Source: Patellaria atrata CBS 101060
Lineage: Eukaryota
Direction of reading: 5' to 3'
NCBI GenBank assembly: GCA_010093705.1
Contig: MU006097.1
Coordinates: forward strand, 259,905-323,904
Length of the DNA stretch: 64,000 nucleotides
In this document: in pieces, positions 36,701 to 49,462 of the stretch
How the letters are laid out: the number at the start of each line of letters is the position of its first letter
Numbering within the stretch: the first letter of the stretch is position 1
Translations under genes and position numbers: made by a program
The notes under the pieces: model-generated
The model's input: only the letters and a program-made list of their open reading frames with translations
The model's database searches: none
Told to the model about the DNA's origin: nothing

Positions 36701-38772
36701 TCAAGTAGTCTCCCAATCCAAGCTCACGACGAATTTTTCCTTCACAGGACCCAAGCTCTTAACGTCTCCACCATCCGCCTCACTGACCCTCTCCTCCGGC
36801 GGATTAATACCAACGACTACAGCATCCTGGAGATAAGATGCATCAACTCCTGAATTGACCTCAAACGACGTACCGCCCCATTCCATGGTTGTGCGGCCAG
36901 ATTGATGGACGCGCATTTTGCCGAGAAAGCCGGATGCTAGCCTAGGCTTGTCAGCTAGAGTCGGGCCAGGTACAGAAGCCAAATTAGGGTCAGCTTTGAC
37001 TTCACCCTTGACATCGCTTGGTTGAACGGCGCCTGGTGTTGAGATCGGAGCTGGTGCGTTTGAAGTGGTGCCTGGCGCAACTGTGGGAGCAGATGCACTT
37101 GGAGCTGTGGAGGGGGCAGCTGCAGAGTTGTTTTCGCCCTTGTCATCGGTTGCAACACTGAGGTCGGGCATCATTGGCGGAAATTGGAAAAGGTATACAT
37201 GATCGCTGCGTTGATCACGTCCATTCCTCTGTTGCTCGCCATCGCCCATATTGGTGTCGCCATCTTTATCGGGTTTCTTGATGAGACCACCTGAAAGTTC
37301 GCGCACCATTTTGTCTTGATCCTGTTGAATGCGGGCCCACTCGGCTTTGTCTTTCTCGGTCTCGATAACGAAGGGAGGTTGGTCGTGACCAGGGATGTTG
37401 TGGTCTTGCTTTGGTTTGAGGGGTTTCTTTCCAAGTTCAGGTGAGGAAGGTGGCTCTTTCGGTACAACTTCGTCTTCCGGTACTTCTGCCTGTTTGGATG
37501 GTTCCAGAATCATTTCTGGAGCGTCCGTGATCGTGACTTTCTCACGTGGTTCGGGTTTGACGATGATGGCGTCATCCTCATCCTCAGAATCAGACCACAT
37601 GCCCCTCCACTTACGTTGGGCTCTTGTGACCTCAAAACCATCCTCTTTGGATGAATTTGCTGAACTCGTTTCCGTATAGATGTTTATGACTCGAGGCTTA
37701 TGCTCAGTACGTGGCACCCGGACGGGCGCGTATGTAGGATCGTGATTGCTCAATGTGCTCGTTCCTCGCTTTCCACGGTTTAAAGGTCTACCCTCTTCGC
37801 TACTGCTGCTGCTGCTCAGGAGGTGGATGAAATCGATGTTCATCCTGGGACCCGCTTCCGAATCATCGGTGTCATCACCAGAGGAGTACTCGTCATCTCC
37901 TGCATTGTATTGCACGCCGGTCAACTTGATATCAGCATCCGGGTCATCCTTCACATTAGGTTCATTCTTTACGCGTCCGCTCGCACCAGCTTCTCGAAAA
38001 GACCGTGAACTAGAGACATGCACTCGATGCTTCGCGTTATCTAAACATTAAGTCAGCATATGTTCCAACTGAAGATCACATCGCCATGTTTTTCCGATAG
38101 CATCAGAAACATACCATGTACCATGAAACCACCTCCGAACGGTCCACTAGGCTCTCTCAAATCACTTCCAAAGCCACCTCTTCCGCGTCCTCTACCCCTA
38201 TCACCTCCTCTTCCTCTAGCAGCTGCTCTGGCTCTGGCCGCCGCTGCATCCTTTCGACCCTGCTCTGCAATTGCTTGACGTCTACGCGTTGCTTCAGCAC
38301 GCTCAGCTGCATCACGTTCCTCTTTACTTCGTCGACCTCTGAATGAGGGTTGTTTGATGGTCCTCTTTGACCCACGGGTAGCAGTAGTGCCACCACGGAG
38401 AGACTCGAGGCGTGGGTCAACGACCTTCGACGCCGTGGCTGGTTCAGACTCGATGACTGGCTGGAAATCGGTGGCTGAGGAGGGGTCAGGAGCTTGTTGG
38501 GCATCGGCGAGTATAGACTTTTGAGGTGCTTGTTCTGCTATCTGTGCGGACGCTGAGGATTCGGGGGGAATGTCGACGGGAGTATCGGTAGGAGGTTCGG
38601 GAAGGACGTTGCGATCTTTGGTGTTTCCGGTATCGGCTGGGGCAAATGGTTCTTCAGTTTCTACAGGTGTAGATACAGCAGATGCGGCTGCAGCTGCAGT
38701 TGCGGCCCTTGTAGTTCTCTTGCGCGGGGCGGTAGGGGCAGCGGCATTGCCGCGCTTTTTGGAAGGCGGCAT
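36701..38772 (-). CDS. RPC53: RNA polymerase III subunit RPC4/C53 (2 exons)
   Basis: C-terminal VYLFQFPP..GKMRVHQSGRTTMEWGG..KFVVSLDW domain; N-terminal RRSKEERD and RG-rich tract. Intron near 38041-38114. Confidence 0.85.
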
Positions 38773-39101
38773 CTTGAAGAATTGCTATGGATTCGAATTG
38801 GTTTGAGAATATTTTAGGCGTACAAAAGTAAAGAAGAGCCAAAAACGGGTGCTTTTATTGCCGGCGTTTGTGAAGAAAAAAGGTTCGGATTGTGGTAGAA
38901 AGGAAGTTATGATTCAGTCAGTGCGGGCAGGAACTTTTCGGTTTAGTAGACCTTTTTTGGTGGAGCTTGCGCACGGGCCATTTTGCGAACTCTTGGCTGC
39001 CACTTTCCAATCTTGGATTTTAACATGTTGCGGGTCGGGAGCGACGACATCACAGTCCACCTCGCCAACCTCAAAAGGTGTCCAAGATCCCATCTTCCAC
39101 C

Positions 39102-39748
39102 ATGGCGAAGACCGCCAAACCTAAGAACAAAAGTACATCCTCCACTTCCTAGCCTCTTCCTGTCCTGGCTACCCCTCCCTACCTCCTCAATTACTGACTA
39201 CAATACCAGACCCCTCCCTTCACTCCCGTGCCGCGCGCCGCGCCTCCTCACCCTCCCTCAACACCGACAAATCTCTCAAAAACATCCCACTCCCGGCCAA
39301 CACCAAACAGACCTTCACCCTAAACAAAGCGCACAATGCCTCGATCCCGAAGCGGAAAAAGCAGAAGCAGTTGACGCGGCAGCAGAGACTGAGACGAGAG
39401 AAGGGAATTGAGCGTGCGGAGGTGATAGGCGAGAGGTTAGAGGTGAAGAGGGAGAAAAGCGGGAAGAGGGAAAAGAGGGTGAAGGAGAGGAGTAGGGAGT
39501 GGGAGGTTGTGAATGGGAAGGGGGGTGGAGCTGCCACGATTGAGTTTGGTGAGCTAGGAACTCGTGGGGAGGAAGGGGAGATGGAAGTGGAGGATGAATG
39601 GGAAGATGAGAGAGAAGAGGCCGAGGGAGATGTGGACATAGTGAAGGACGGCGAAAACTTGGTGGATGAGAAGAAATTGGTGGACAGACAAGAGAATGCA
39701 GAGAATAAAGAGCCGCTTAAAGAAGATGAGGAGGATGTGATACTGTGA
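39102..39748 (+). CDS. ALB1: Alb1 pre-60S ribosome biogenesis factor (2 exons)
   Basis: MAKTAKPKN | SLHSRAARRASSPS ... LTRQQRLRREKGIERAE..RLEVKREKS..VKERSREWE. Intron GTACAT..CTGAC..CAG. Confidence 0.85.
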
Positions 39749-40022
39749 GCTTTCCATCGAACACGGGGGGTTCGTGCTTTCTGGAAAGGAAAACTCATGT
39801 CCTTCAATCGACTGACGATACGAAATAATGGTTTCATTACGCTTGGCTTTGTTTATAGCAAGGAGTTGGCCTCCTCATGGCTTTCAGGTGTTCTCGCCTA
39901 TGGAAGTGGATTCACGAGGATAGAAGTAGAGAACGTGAGCGAAATATCGCTGCTATATGGTGTGTAAAAACAAGAGTAAAGTGCACATTCTTCTCCTAGA
40001 GTACGCACCATATGCTACTACC

Positions 40023-41591
40023 TCACTCGTCGCGACGGGGAACTTTAGGGACCAATGCCCAACTGACGCCCGCAGTCACAATGAGCGCTACAACGATAGG
40101 CTGCATAACTTGCACGCCTGCTCGACTTGCTATAACACCAGTCAAAGCAGGGAAGAATGCACCGCCAGACTGAGCCAATACAAAGATGAACCCTATTGCA
40201 TGTCAGCAATCTGCCACATTGTTCCTCGAGAGTTATACGTACCTAATGCAGTAGCTTGGACACGCTTCGGGAAAAGTTTCGATGCAACAGATATGCCCTA
40301 AAATTACCAGTCAGCGCTCTCCTACGATACACGTGGGACGGCTCATACAGTTGCGAAAAGCGGTCCATAGAAGAATCCTAGAACGCTGATGGCGGTAGCG
40401 TTTGCAACGATGTTCGGGACGAGCCAAAAGACCAATTGTAATCCTAACATCAGGACACAGTACAGTAAAAGCATACGTCTCTCGCCAAATCTGTACGTCG
40501 GCTCGGCTAGAAGAAGTCGTCCTAGGAACACGCCTCCCCAAAGACCAGATGGTACGTAGCCGACCTTCGAGAGCTCACCATTACGGATAGTGACGAGGTA
40601 TTCTACAATCCACCCTACAAACATTTCTTAGTGTAGTGCGCGGATAAATTAGTTCAAACACATACCTCCTGCCGTGATACCAGCGCCTAGAAACGAGAAA
40701 TAAAACAAACTCAACATCCACAGACCCGGCAACTTAAACGTCTCTTTGATTTCCCTTACCGCTTCCTTATTCTTCCCTATCTCTCCACGTTCCCCTTCTC
40801 TTCCTTCCTCCTGAGCTGTGCTGTTGAAACCTAACGTGTCCCAAAAGGTGACCACCACCCCTACCAAATTCGCAACCCCGAGGCCAGCTTCAACAGCGTA
40901 GAAAAATAGCCATCGCTCCCCCTTACCCGATGTTGCTACTGCCGTCGCCACAAACGGTCCAACCAAGCACCCCAGCGCATACATGGCATGAATGAAGCCC
41001 AGCCACCTATGCGCGTCTTTGACAGAACTGACATAGGTATTAGCGTGGGAGTCCTGATAAGCCATGCCCAGCGCATTGAGGCAAAATGAAGCGGCGAAGA
41101 GTCCGAATGGCGGGGTCCAAGGGCGTAGAACGTGTGCGAGGAGTTGCACAAAGGAGCCGAAGAGGAGGATCATGCCGAAGGGGAGGTAGTTCCGGAGATG
41201 GGAGTTGGTGAGACCCGCAAGGAGCCATCCACTGAAGGTCGAGGCATAGCTGGGGTTTGTTAGTGGGGGTAAAGGGGTGTGGGGAATGGAGGTGGGAAAA
41301 GGTGTACATTATGGCAATGGAACCGGTGCTGATGTGGTAGGTGCGGAGCATGTAGGGGACTAGAGGCCCTATAGCGCCATCGTTTGTGCCGGCGAAGAAG
41401 AAGCAGAATCCGCAGCTGAGGAGCTTGAAGAGGGTGTTACGGTCTATCTGGTTAGGTTCCTCTGCCGGGACGGCCCCTAACCTTTCGATTTGTTGATCAT
41501 TGCACGAGCTGAGTTCTATATCTTGCGCTTTCTGAGGACCTTCTGAACTTATAGGAAGTGGCAAGATTTCTTCTGTTACGGTTGTCGACAT
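40023..41591 (-). CDS. MFS transporter (BSC6-like), multi-exon
   Basis: FFFAGTNDGAIGPLVPY, AYQDSHANTYV, FIHAMYALGCLVGP, SGLWGGVFLGR, GFFYGPLF, QSGGAFFPALTG. Confidence 0.88.
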
Positions 41592-42442
41592 CGCAATTGA
41601 CTTCTATCGTGGGACCATAGCATAGTTTGAACCGAGAACTCGAGATAGATGGGAAAAAAGTGACAGCTACTGTTTCTATGAACGAGATCTTATAGTTCCT
41701 TTCTTTCTCATTGTGAACCCCGCGAATATACGGACCGCTCCCCCAAGACCTGTCGCTTTATCTTCGGAACATGATGATCTTGAACTGCTGGAGGAAAGTG
41801 GGAGCAGACGAAGAGCAAAATGGCCCCGAGAGGAAATGGTTTGAAATATACGAGAAGCGAAATGACCCCGAAAGGAAATAGTTGCGAGGAAAAGAATTCC
41901 ATGACGTAGAGGTGGAGGTGGATTACCTGTACCTTACCTAGGACCTGAGGCCTGTATCCCATTTACCTTACCTAAGGTATACATGTCAAGGGAAATTACC
42001 AAATGCAGCAAGCTGTACCGCTGTCATGCACGAGCACTTCTTGCTGGTTCTTAAATCAACGACATGTGGTGGCACCTGCCTTCTTTAGAGGAAGACATGC
42101 TTTCGGTAAAGGTAGTAAGGCTCTATATCACCTTAGTAAACAAAAGAGAGACATCTTCAACTTTCTGATATAAGCATCCTTCAATGCTACTTCTTACAAA
42201 TGCAAAATGAAAGTACAAAGTAGATGGAAAGGATGAAGCAACGTTGCCTCTTCCTCAAACACCTCCAATAGCTCTTGCCCCTCGCTAACAAGGATTACTA
42301 AAGCCAATCAACATACAAAAGTAAGGTATATTTACCAGCTTCTCTGTACCTGCAGCACAGAAAGACAACTACACCACAAAAATACCCATTTTTCTAATAC
42401 ACAACCCATTGCATAACAGACGAACATAGATCTAGTAGCAGC

Positions 42443-43628
42443 ATGAAGTTACTTCTTCTATCCTCCCTCGCCATCTTGGGGGCAAACGCTGCCTCCGCCG
42501 TTATCGATCTCGTTCCTGACAACTTCGACAGCGTTGTCCTCAAGTCCGGCAAACCAGCTCTCGTAGAATTCTTTGCTCCATGGTGCGGCCACTGCAAGAA
42601 CCTCGCTCCTGTCTACGAAGACCTAGCACAACGATTCCAGTTCGCAGAGAATAAGGTCACTATTGGTAAGGTCGATGCCGATGAACACAAGACCTTAGGA
42701 AGGACATATGGCGTTCAAGGCTTCCCTACACTGAAGTGGTTCGATGGAAAGAGTGACACACCCGAGGACTACAATGGTGGTAGAGATATTGATAGCTTGT
42801 CGAGTTTCATTACCGAGAAAACTGGCATCAGACCAAGGGTCAAGAAGAGCGCACCTAGCCACGTCGTGATGTTGAACGACAAGAGCTTCAGGACCGAAAT
42901 TGGCGGCGACAAGGATGTCTTGGTTGCATTCACAGCACCATGGTGTGGACGTACGTACATCTATACCTCTTACTCTATCCTGTCTGCCTTTTACCACTCA
43001 CCCAAATTATTTTTAAACATGTCTTCTAACATAACTTTTAATAGACTGCAAATCGCTGGCTCCCATCTGGGAGACCGTTGCTACCGATTTTGCAGCTGAG
43101 CCCACCGTACTCATCGCAAAGGTGGACGCCGAAGCAGATAATTCCAGAGTCGTTTCGCAAGAACAACAAATCACCGGCTACCCAACCATCAAGTTCTTCC
43201 CCAAGGGGTCGACCACTCCCGAGACTTACGAACAAGACCGCACCGAAGCTGCCATCGTCTCCTACCTCAACTCTAAAGCCGGAACCCATCGCGCGGTTGG
43301 CGGTGGGCTCGATGCGACTGGTGGCACAATAGCTGCTCTTGATTCTATTCTAGATACAGCCAGAGCAGGAAGTGATGGTGTGGTTGGTGCGTACGATGAA
43401 GTGAAGAAGGCTGCGGCGGGGGGCAAAGAAAGGTATGCTGAGTACTATGTCAAAGTGCTCGATAAGCTGAAGAAGAACACTGGATATGTGGAGAAGGAGC
43501 AGACGAGGTTGCAGAGTATATTGAAGAAGGGTGGTCTGACCCCGGAGAAGCTTGATGATCTGACTAGCAGGAGTAATATCTTGAAGAGGTTCCAGGGAAC
43601 CGTGGACGCTATTAAGGATGAGCTATGA
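42443..43628 (+). CDS. tigA: Protein disulfide isomerase ERp38/TigA (two thioredoxin domains + ERp29-like C-domain)
   Basis: Signal peptide; two WCGHCK motifs (the second split by intron 42951-43044); C-terminal KDEL. Confidence 0.93.
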
Positions 43629-44006
43629 GCTCAACTGACATATGAGATCATGATTGTCTTTCCACTTGTGCTAATGTTCGTTCATTTAGGCCCGCCGATG
43701 AAGGTATTTGGGGACGGTTCTATGTGGACGAATAAAGGTCGTGGGTGTCTTTTCCGGTGTTAGGGACACAAAACTTGCGCAGGGGGGATTCATTGATCAG
43801 CGGCATAGCGCTCTTTAGACTATGATAGCATACGAACAAAACCTATGCACAACTCATGCTCCCAATATGTCACATCTTCAATTCTCTTCCACCCAAAGAG
43901 CTCTGTCAAATCAAAGTTCCAATAACAAAATGGTATCCCGCAAGAACAATATCACTACGTCAACAAGTCGAAGGGAGGATAGGGTCCAATTGATTTCCCG
44001 AGGCTT

Positions 44007-44529
44007 TTATTTACTATCCCCACCCTTGGTGCTAGTGCTGTTGGCCTGGATAGTGGATTCAAGGGTGTCAAGTCGCCGAGACATGTCATCCACTAGAGAG
44101 TCTTAGTAAGTCTGTCCAAGAGGAAAGGATAAAAGAGTGAAGGAATAGCAAATCATTGGTATACAATTGTAATACATTAAAATTCAACAAATACGAAATC
44201 AAGAGAACAGACAGCGAATACGGACGAAACGAGAAACTAGAAAATGAACTAGAAAATGAACATACTTTTCTCAATCAGATCTTTGGACATCGTGGCGAAT
44301 TTCGTAGTCAGTTGGTTCAAAAGCTCGTCAACGACAGCGGTGAGTTCAGCTGTCCCAGCATCAGTGAGAGCGGGCTTCAGAAATGAGTTAGTATACACAA
44401 AATTCAGAGGTATATGCAATTTGCTTCCATTTCCGTCTTTCAGGGTCTCAGGGGATGGCGTATTAGATGTGAGATACCAAGACTTACCGTTGATGCTTCT
44501 GAGCCCGATCTCGCTTGAGGATTCGACAT
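44007..44529 (-). CDS. HSBP1: Heat shock factor binding protein 1 homologue, 78 aa, 3 exons (absent from the ORF track)
   Basis: Exons 44529-44488, 44374-44266 and 44092-44007, with GTAAGT/GTATGT donors and CTAAC/CTAAG branch sites. Protein ..ELTAVVDELLNQLTTKFATMSKDLIEKMDDMSRRLDTLESTIQ.. Confidence 0.9.
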
Positions 44530-44873
44530 GACGAAGGTAGAAGCTTATTAGCCTCCCTCTCTGTTCCTATCTTCTAATTATGTGTCGTGCCTGTTGTTTT
44601 GTTTTATACTCTGTTTCCTGATCGAGGAAGTCCAAAAAGGGCGCCCTCCCCCCGGGTTCACCCCGGCAGATCCATCATCCCTCAGCCCTGCGAGCTACAT
44701 CAATGGCGTCCACCTCAACCGAACGCGCTCTCCTGGCGCGATCTTGGGTTGAAGAAAGACCAGATCGGAACCTTGTTTCTACAACCACGTCTACCTTACA
44801 TACCCGCACATCCTCGCTACAATTCATACGAGTATATGATAAATGTAAAAGGATATAGTAGTGATAATTCATC

Positions 44874-46947
44874 ATGCCAGTCCCTGAGAGCTCGGTCCTA
44901 CAGCCCCGCAATCCCCGCCTCGTCGACGATAACCAATGGGCCGAATTCCAGCTGTTGGGCGTTGAAGTGCACGATATGGAAGCGGAGAAGAAGGGGAAGA
45001 GCGGAAAGGGGTTGTGGGGGAATCTGCTGGAGGCGGACGTGGTTAATCCGATGAAGGTTGTGGGAAAGCTGGAAGAGGTGGGCAAGGCGAATGTGCATCT
45101 ATGTGAGTTGAGGATCGTATTATATTCTAGGGACAAGCGGATGTTGAATTGGGTTCATGCTGTTCAATTGGTCTTTGTGGATGGTATGAAAGTGGATGAT
45201 GCTGATTCGATATTCTCTAGTGCGGAAACAGAATTATCAGAAACACGTCGTTATTGAAGTCGGTCCTGTAACACGATTCTCGTATGGTCAGATGCACGAT
45301 GGGGCAATGGCGATATGGGCAGCTGGTGCAGCGGGCTGGTTTCTTATCAAACCGTCACGGGGATACAGAGAGGTGTATAGTTTTATGACTGAGTCTATAC
45401 AGCTATTATACTATGTTGCGGATCTGTACAGAGAGCGAAGTAAAGTTAGCGCGAAAGAGATATTCATGGGTTATGCGGAAGAACACCCGGATAAGTGTGA
45501 GTTTTTGGAGGATGCCGCCGACCGGTTTTATGCGCATAAGGATTTCTTGATCCTGAGCATGCTGGAGCACAAAGAGGGGATTGCGTGGGGTAATACGAGG
45601 TTCTATCATCATATGAAGTCAAGATTTCCAGAAGACTTTGATCGGATGAGGGAGAAGATTGAGGCGAAAGTCAAATCAGAAGCTTCCGCTGCGGCAGCGG
45701 CGGCGGATGCAAATACATCAGCAAAATGGAAAGGCAGAACCAAAAGGAGTAGATCAATCGAGAGCAAAGACACCCACGACACAACTTCAACAGTCCCCTC
45801 CGCTCCAAAGAAAGACGACGCATGGTGGCAAGCCCAGATCCTCTGGGACTTCATGCAGATTGCCCAAGCGTCCAACCTCGTGCACAGTAACGAGCTCAAC
45901 ATCGCCGGTTTTTCACGGGCTCTATACGAGCGTTACGACCTCGCCAATCCAACCCAAGCTGCAAACTACATCCGCGCCCACGCCACTAATCTAATATGGA
46001 TGATGGAGCACAAGCGCCGACCAACAATCGTGTGGAGAGAACAAACCATACACACCCAACTCTCCTCCGCGAAACTAGCCCCAGCAACGCTAAACAAGAT
46101 GCTCGCGCTCCGAATACACAGAAGAAAGGATATCGCCCCCATCCCACGCAGCGAGGAAACCGAGGACTCAGGAGAAGAAACAAGCACATCAGAAATCGCG
46201 AGGGCACGAAGACTCCACCACGCACAGAAGGGCCGCCTATCGGTCCGTCGTCCCATCAGCAGCAAGTTCTCCGGCAAGGGTACCGCGCACGGCAAATCGA
46301 GCTCCCGGGCCGAACCCGAAGCCGAAGAGGACGACGAAATGCTCGACCCCAACGAAGAAGCCGACCTCGCTAGTCCCCTCAAAAGGAAAGGACCCTCCCG
46401 CCCCTCTGTACCCCGGAAGCGGAAATCAAGCGCTACGAATCTTACCACGCCGCCTATTAGCTCAGCGTCCGAAGAAGATGAGGATGAGGACGAAGAACTA
46501 AATGAAGAGGAACTGAAAACGATCGAGGCGTCTCTCCCCCTGCGGCCTAAATCCTCGCTCTTCCCCACCCGTCCATCGACAAACAGCTTCCTCACCGGCC
46601 CCGCTCCCGTTATCCCGATACTACTCACCACACCGCTTCGTCCCACTACCTCAAATGCCCCCGGCGATGTCTGGGTCTGCACTGAAGACGGCTGCGTTCA
46701 TAAAGTATATGGCGCCAGCACGGACGAGGGGAAGAGGCTGGTTAGGGAGCACGGGGAGTGGCATGAGGATCGGGAACGCGGGGATGGACGGATTGAGCTG
46801 GTGAGAAGGGAGGCGGGGCAGGTGGGGGTTTTGGGGGTTAGTCATTTGCTCAAAAGGATTAGGGAGATGTCGGAGTTGAATAGGGGTGGTGGTGGGGGTG
46901 AGGCTGGGGCGAAGGGGTTGGGGGAGCAGGTGAGGGTTAAGTTTTGA
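44874..46947 (+). CDS. RFTS (DNMT1-RFD-like) domain protein with a C-terminal C2H2-like motif; DIM-7/Raf2-like heterochromatin factor candidate
   Basis: WAEFQL..NLLEAD..VVGKL | FSYGQ..AIWAAGAAGWFLIKPSRGY; late WVCTEDGC..EHGEWH. Intron 45103-45220. DIM-7 orthology is inferred from architecture only. Confidence 0.7.
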
Positions 46948-48012
46948 TTGTGGGTATTTGGAATTTATGGGCTGGGTTATTGGGTTTGGTTTGGTTTGGC
47001 TGGGTTGGGTTAGGTTAGGAAAGGACGGGTGTTATTGTCGGGTTATTTGCTGGACTGGCTTTGGGGCATAGGGGAATTGAGTATTGGAATATGGTAGTCG
47101 TTTCAATGCTCAAGATGACGTGACATGAGGTTCCAGGTTAGTACGTGTTCTCAGATCTAGACAGGACCGAGAACCAACGAAGATATACTGCGAAAATCTC
47201 GCTTCTCTGTTACCTCTTCGATCTATACTACTCTCTACCCTCTAACAACGCAGGCGACGCATAAGTTGACAAGACACCCGAGTACAGTGGCATGCGCGCT
47301 CATCATCCTAATACCACCGTGTCTGTGATAGAGCTAAATACGTTCTCAACTTCGCAGAGTGTCAATACACATCCCCTTCCCAAAGCAGAGAAGATATCTG
47401 CATCCCCGCCGTAACAGCAGGTCTACCATGTAATTCCCGTAATTCAGGCTTCTGCTATAACGGGGAAAGGTTGTCTTCTTTCCTGTACCTTGCACTACAA
47501 GCTCCTTTCTCTTCTCCCTCTCTCTCTCTCTTTTCCTCACGGACACAGAGCAATGTAAGAACCTACGGAGACGAGCACAGAATCTGATTTGCCGCCTAGG
47601 GATGTGTGACGCTGTGTTCAAGGCTTCTTCGCGTGGGATGGGCTTTGGCTGTGGGTTGTGGGAGCAGCTGTGGGTGAAGAGGGGGGGGTGAAGGTTCGAG
47701 TAAGATGGGTTTGGAAAGGGGGAGAAGAGAGGTGGGAGGAGAGGCTGCAGTCGAGGAGTCATGAGGTTGAGTCAGTCATAGAGTCAAAATGACGGCAACT
47801 GGGAGAAACATATGGGTAATAGAGAAGAATCGCGAAGCAAGTCTGATCAATAGAGTTATAAATTATCTTCGCATTGCTAGATACGTGAGGTAGCATCTAG
47901 TCCAGATTACCAATTCCCGTAATCCCATGTGAGCCATCAATCGTCAATCGTTAGTCTTACAGTCGTGACAGTCATTCGTCGCATCGATCATATAGGTTCA
48001 CTGCGCTCAGGC

Positions 48013-48843
48013 TCAATTGTCGGGCTTGTAAAGTTCTTCCATTTGCAACAAAGACTCCAAAGCATGCGCATGGATGGTCCTCAACTCATTGACCTCATCG
48101 TCGGAAGCATTGCGCTCGACAGCCGCTTCGTACTCTTCAGCTTGGGCTTTGATAACAGCATTGGTAGCCGCCATAGCTTCGCGAAGACGAAGCGTGGAGC
48201 CATTCCAGTCATCAGTAGGCCAGTTGGACCAGTGATCGTTGCGGCACTGTGAGATATGTTAGATGAGTTCACATAAGGTAAACTCCAGACATTAAGGTCG
48301 GAAAATAGAAGAAACGCACGCATAAGTGCGAGATAGAGTTGCTAAAGTAACCGTGAGGAGGGCACTTATCCGTCGTCGCGTGCTTGATGCGGCTAAAGCA
48401 CCAGTACCTATTACGCATCAGCTTTCCCTGTTGTTCGAATATGATGAGAAAGGAAGAGATGAACTTACTTGCTACCACCATGACGAACAACATAGCGAAC
48501 AACATAGCGAACAACATAGGTATAAGCAGGGACCTTGGGCTGATCGCGATTGGTGTGACATTCGACGAGACCAGGATCCTGGCCGCAGTTTTGGTAGCCC
48601 GCGGACGAAGTCATATTTGTTGTTGACGAGGTGAAAATGATATCCTGTATTCAGGTTCATGAAATGCATGTCAAACATCCCATAGCTGTAATCAGGGCAG
48701 GCAGCCTCTGCGCCGGTGATACGGTGTAATCCCATTACCATGATCGAAGATGAGACCAACGCGACATCAGCAACGACATTGCGAGCAACAGGAGAGGCAA
48801 CAAGGCCTAAAAGGATGAACGAGAAAGGATTAATGAGCTTCAT
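48013..48843 (-). CDS. Orphan, probably secreted, cysteine-containing protein (effector-like); gene model ambiguous
   Basis: Hydrophobic N-terminus MKLINPFSFILLGLVAS. Two canonical downstream introns join ..HGGSK|YWCF..SHLC|CRNDHWSNW..YKPDN* in frame. TATA-like TATAAA about 120 nt upstream. Confidence 0.6.
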
Positions 48844-49359
48844 GACGCTTCAGACGTCGGCCAGAGCTTTTGTGATGCGAGCGATGCAAGAAAAATTGAT
48901 GTTTTGACGGGTAAAAGTGAGGTGTAGAAAAGATGGAGAGAGTAGGCGAGTTCAAAACCTTTATAGCACAGACGAACGGCCGAAGGGAGATTAGATGGGC
49001 GACGAGCAAGTTTTGGTCGAGACGTTACAAATTCGGAAGGAGTGGGAAATGAGTCAATTATTGTCACTGACTTGAACGCCCGCGTTACCATGGACAGTCA
49101 CTCAGGTCGACGGGGGGAAGACCTGACCTCTCTCTTATATGCTTATCAGCTTTGCATGTCTTTGTAGTGAACTTATTTGATTGAGCGAACGTTGAAGATG
49201 ATTGTCGTGAAGGAGTGATTTTGAATTGACTGATAATCACCTCTTTTCACACCCAGGACCTTAGAGGATTGAAAAAAAAAAAAGAAAAACAAAAAAAAGG
49301 CAAAAGAAAACCTCCGTAGAGGGAAAGTTAACCCGGCGAACGCATTTAACTTTATATTC

Positions 49360-49462
49360 TGGCGGAGCCGGGGCTCGAACTAAGGACTTAGAAATTTGAC
49401 TGATAGGAAATTGACTGAAGGAAAGATGACAAAGGAAATGCCACTACTCAGCTATTACCGCC
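49360..49462 (-). pseudogene. tRNA-like relic (A-box/B-box and acceptor-stem remnants)
   Basis: Minus strand GGCGGTAATAGCTGAGTAGTGG ... GTTCGAGCCCCGGCTCCGCCA. No anticodon arm, and the T-stem is broken. Confidence 0.4.

Noticed and set aside
46975..47020. GGTTT/GGGTT/GGTTA run resembling telomeric repeats
   Set aside because: No tandem TTAGGG; it is part of a G/T-rich 3'UTR
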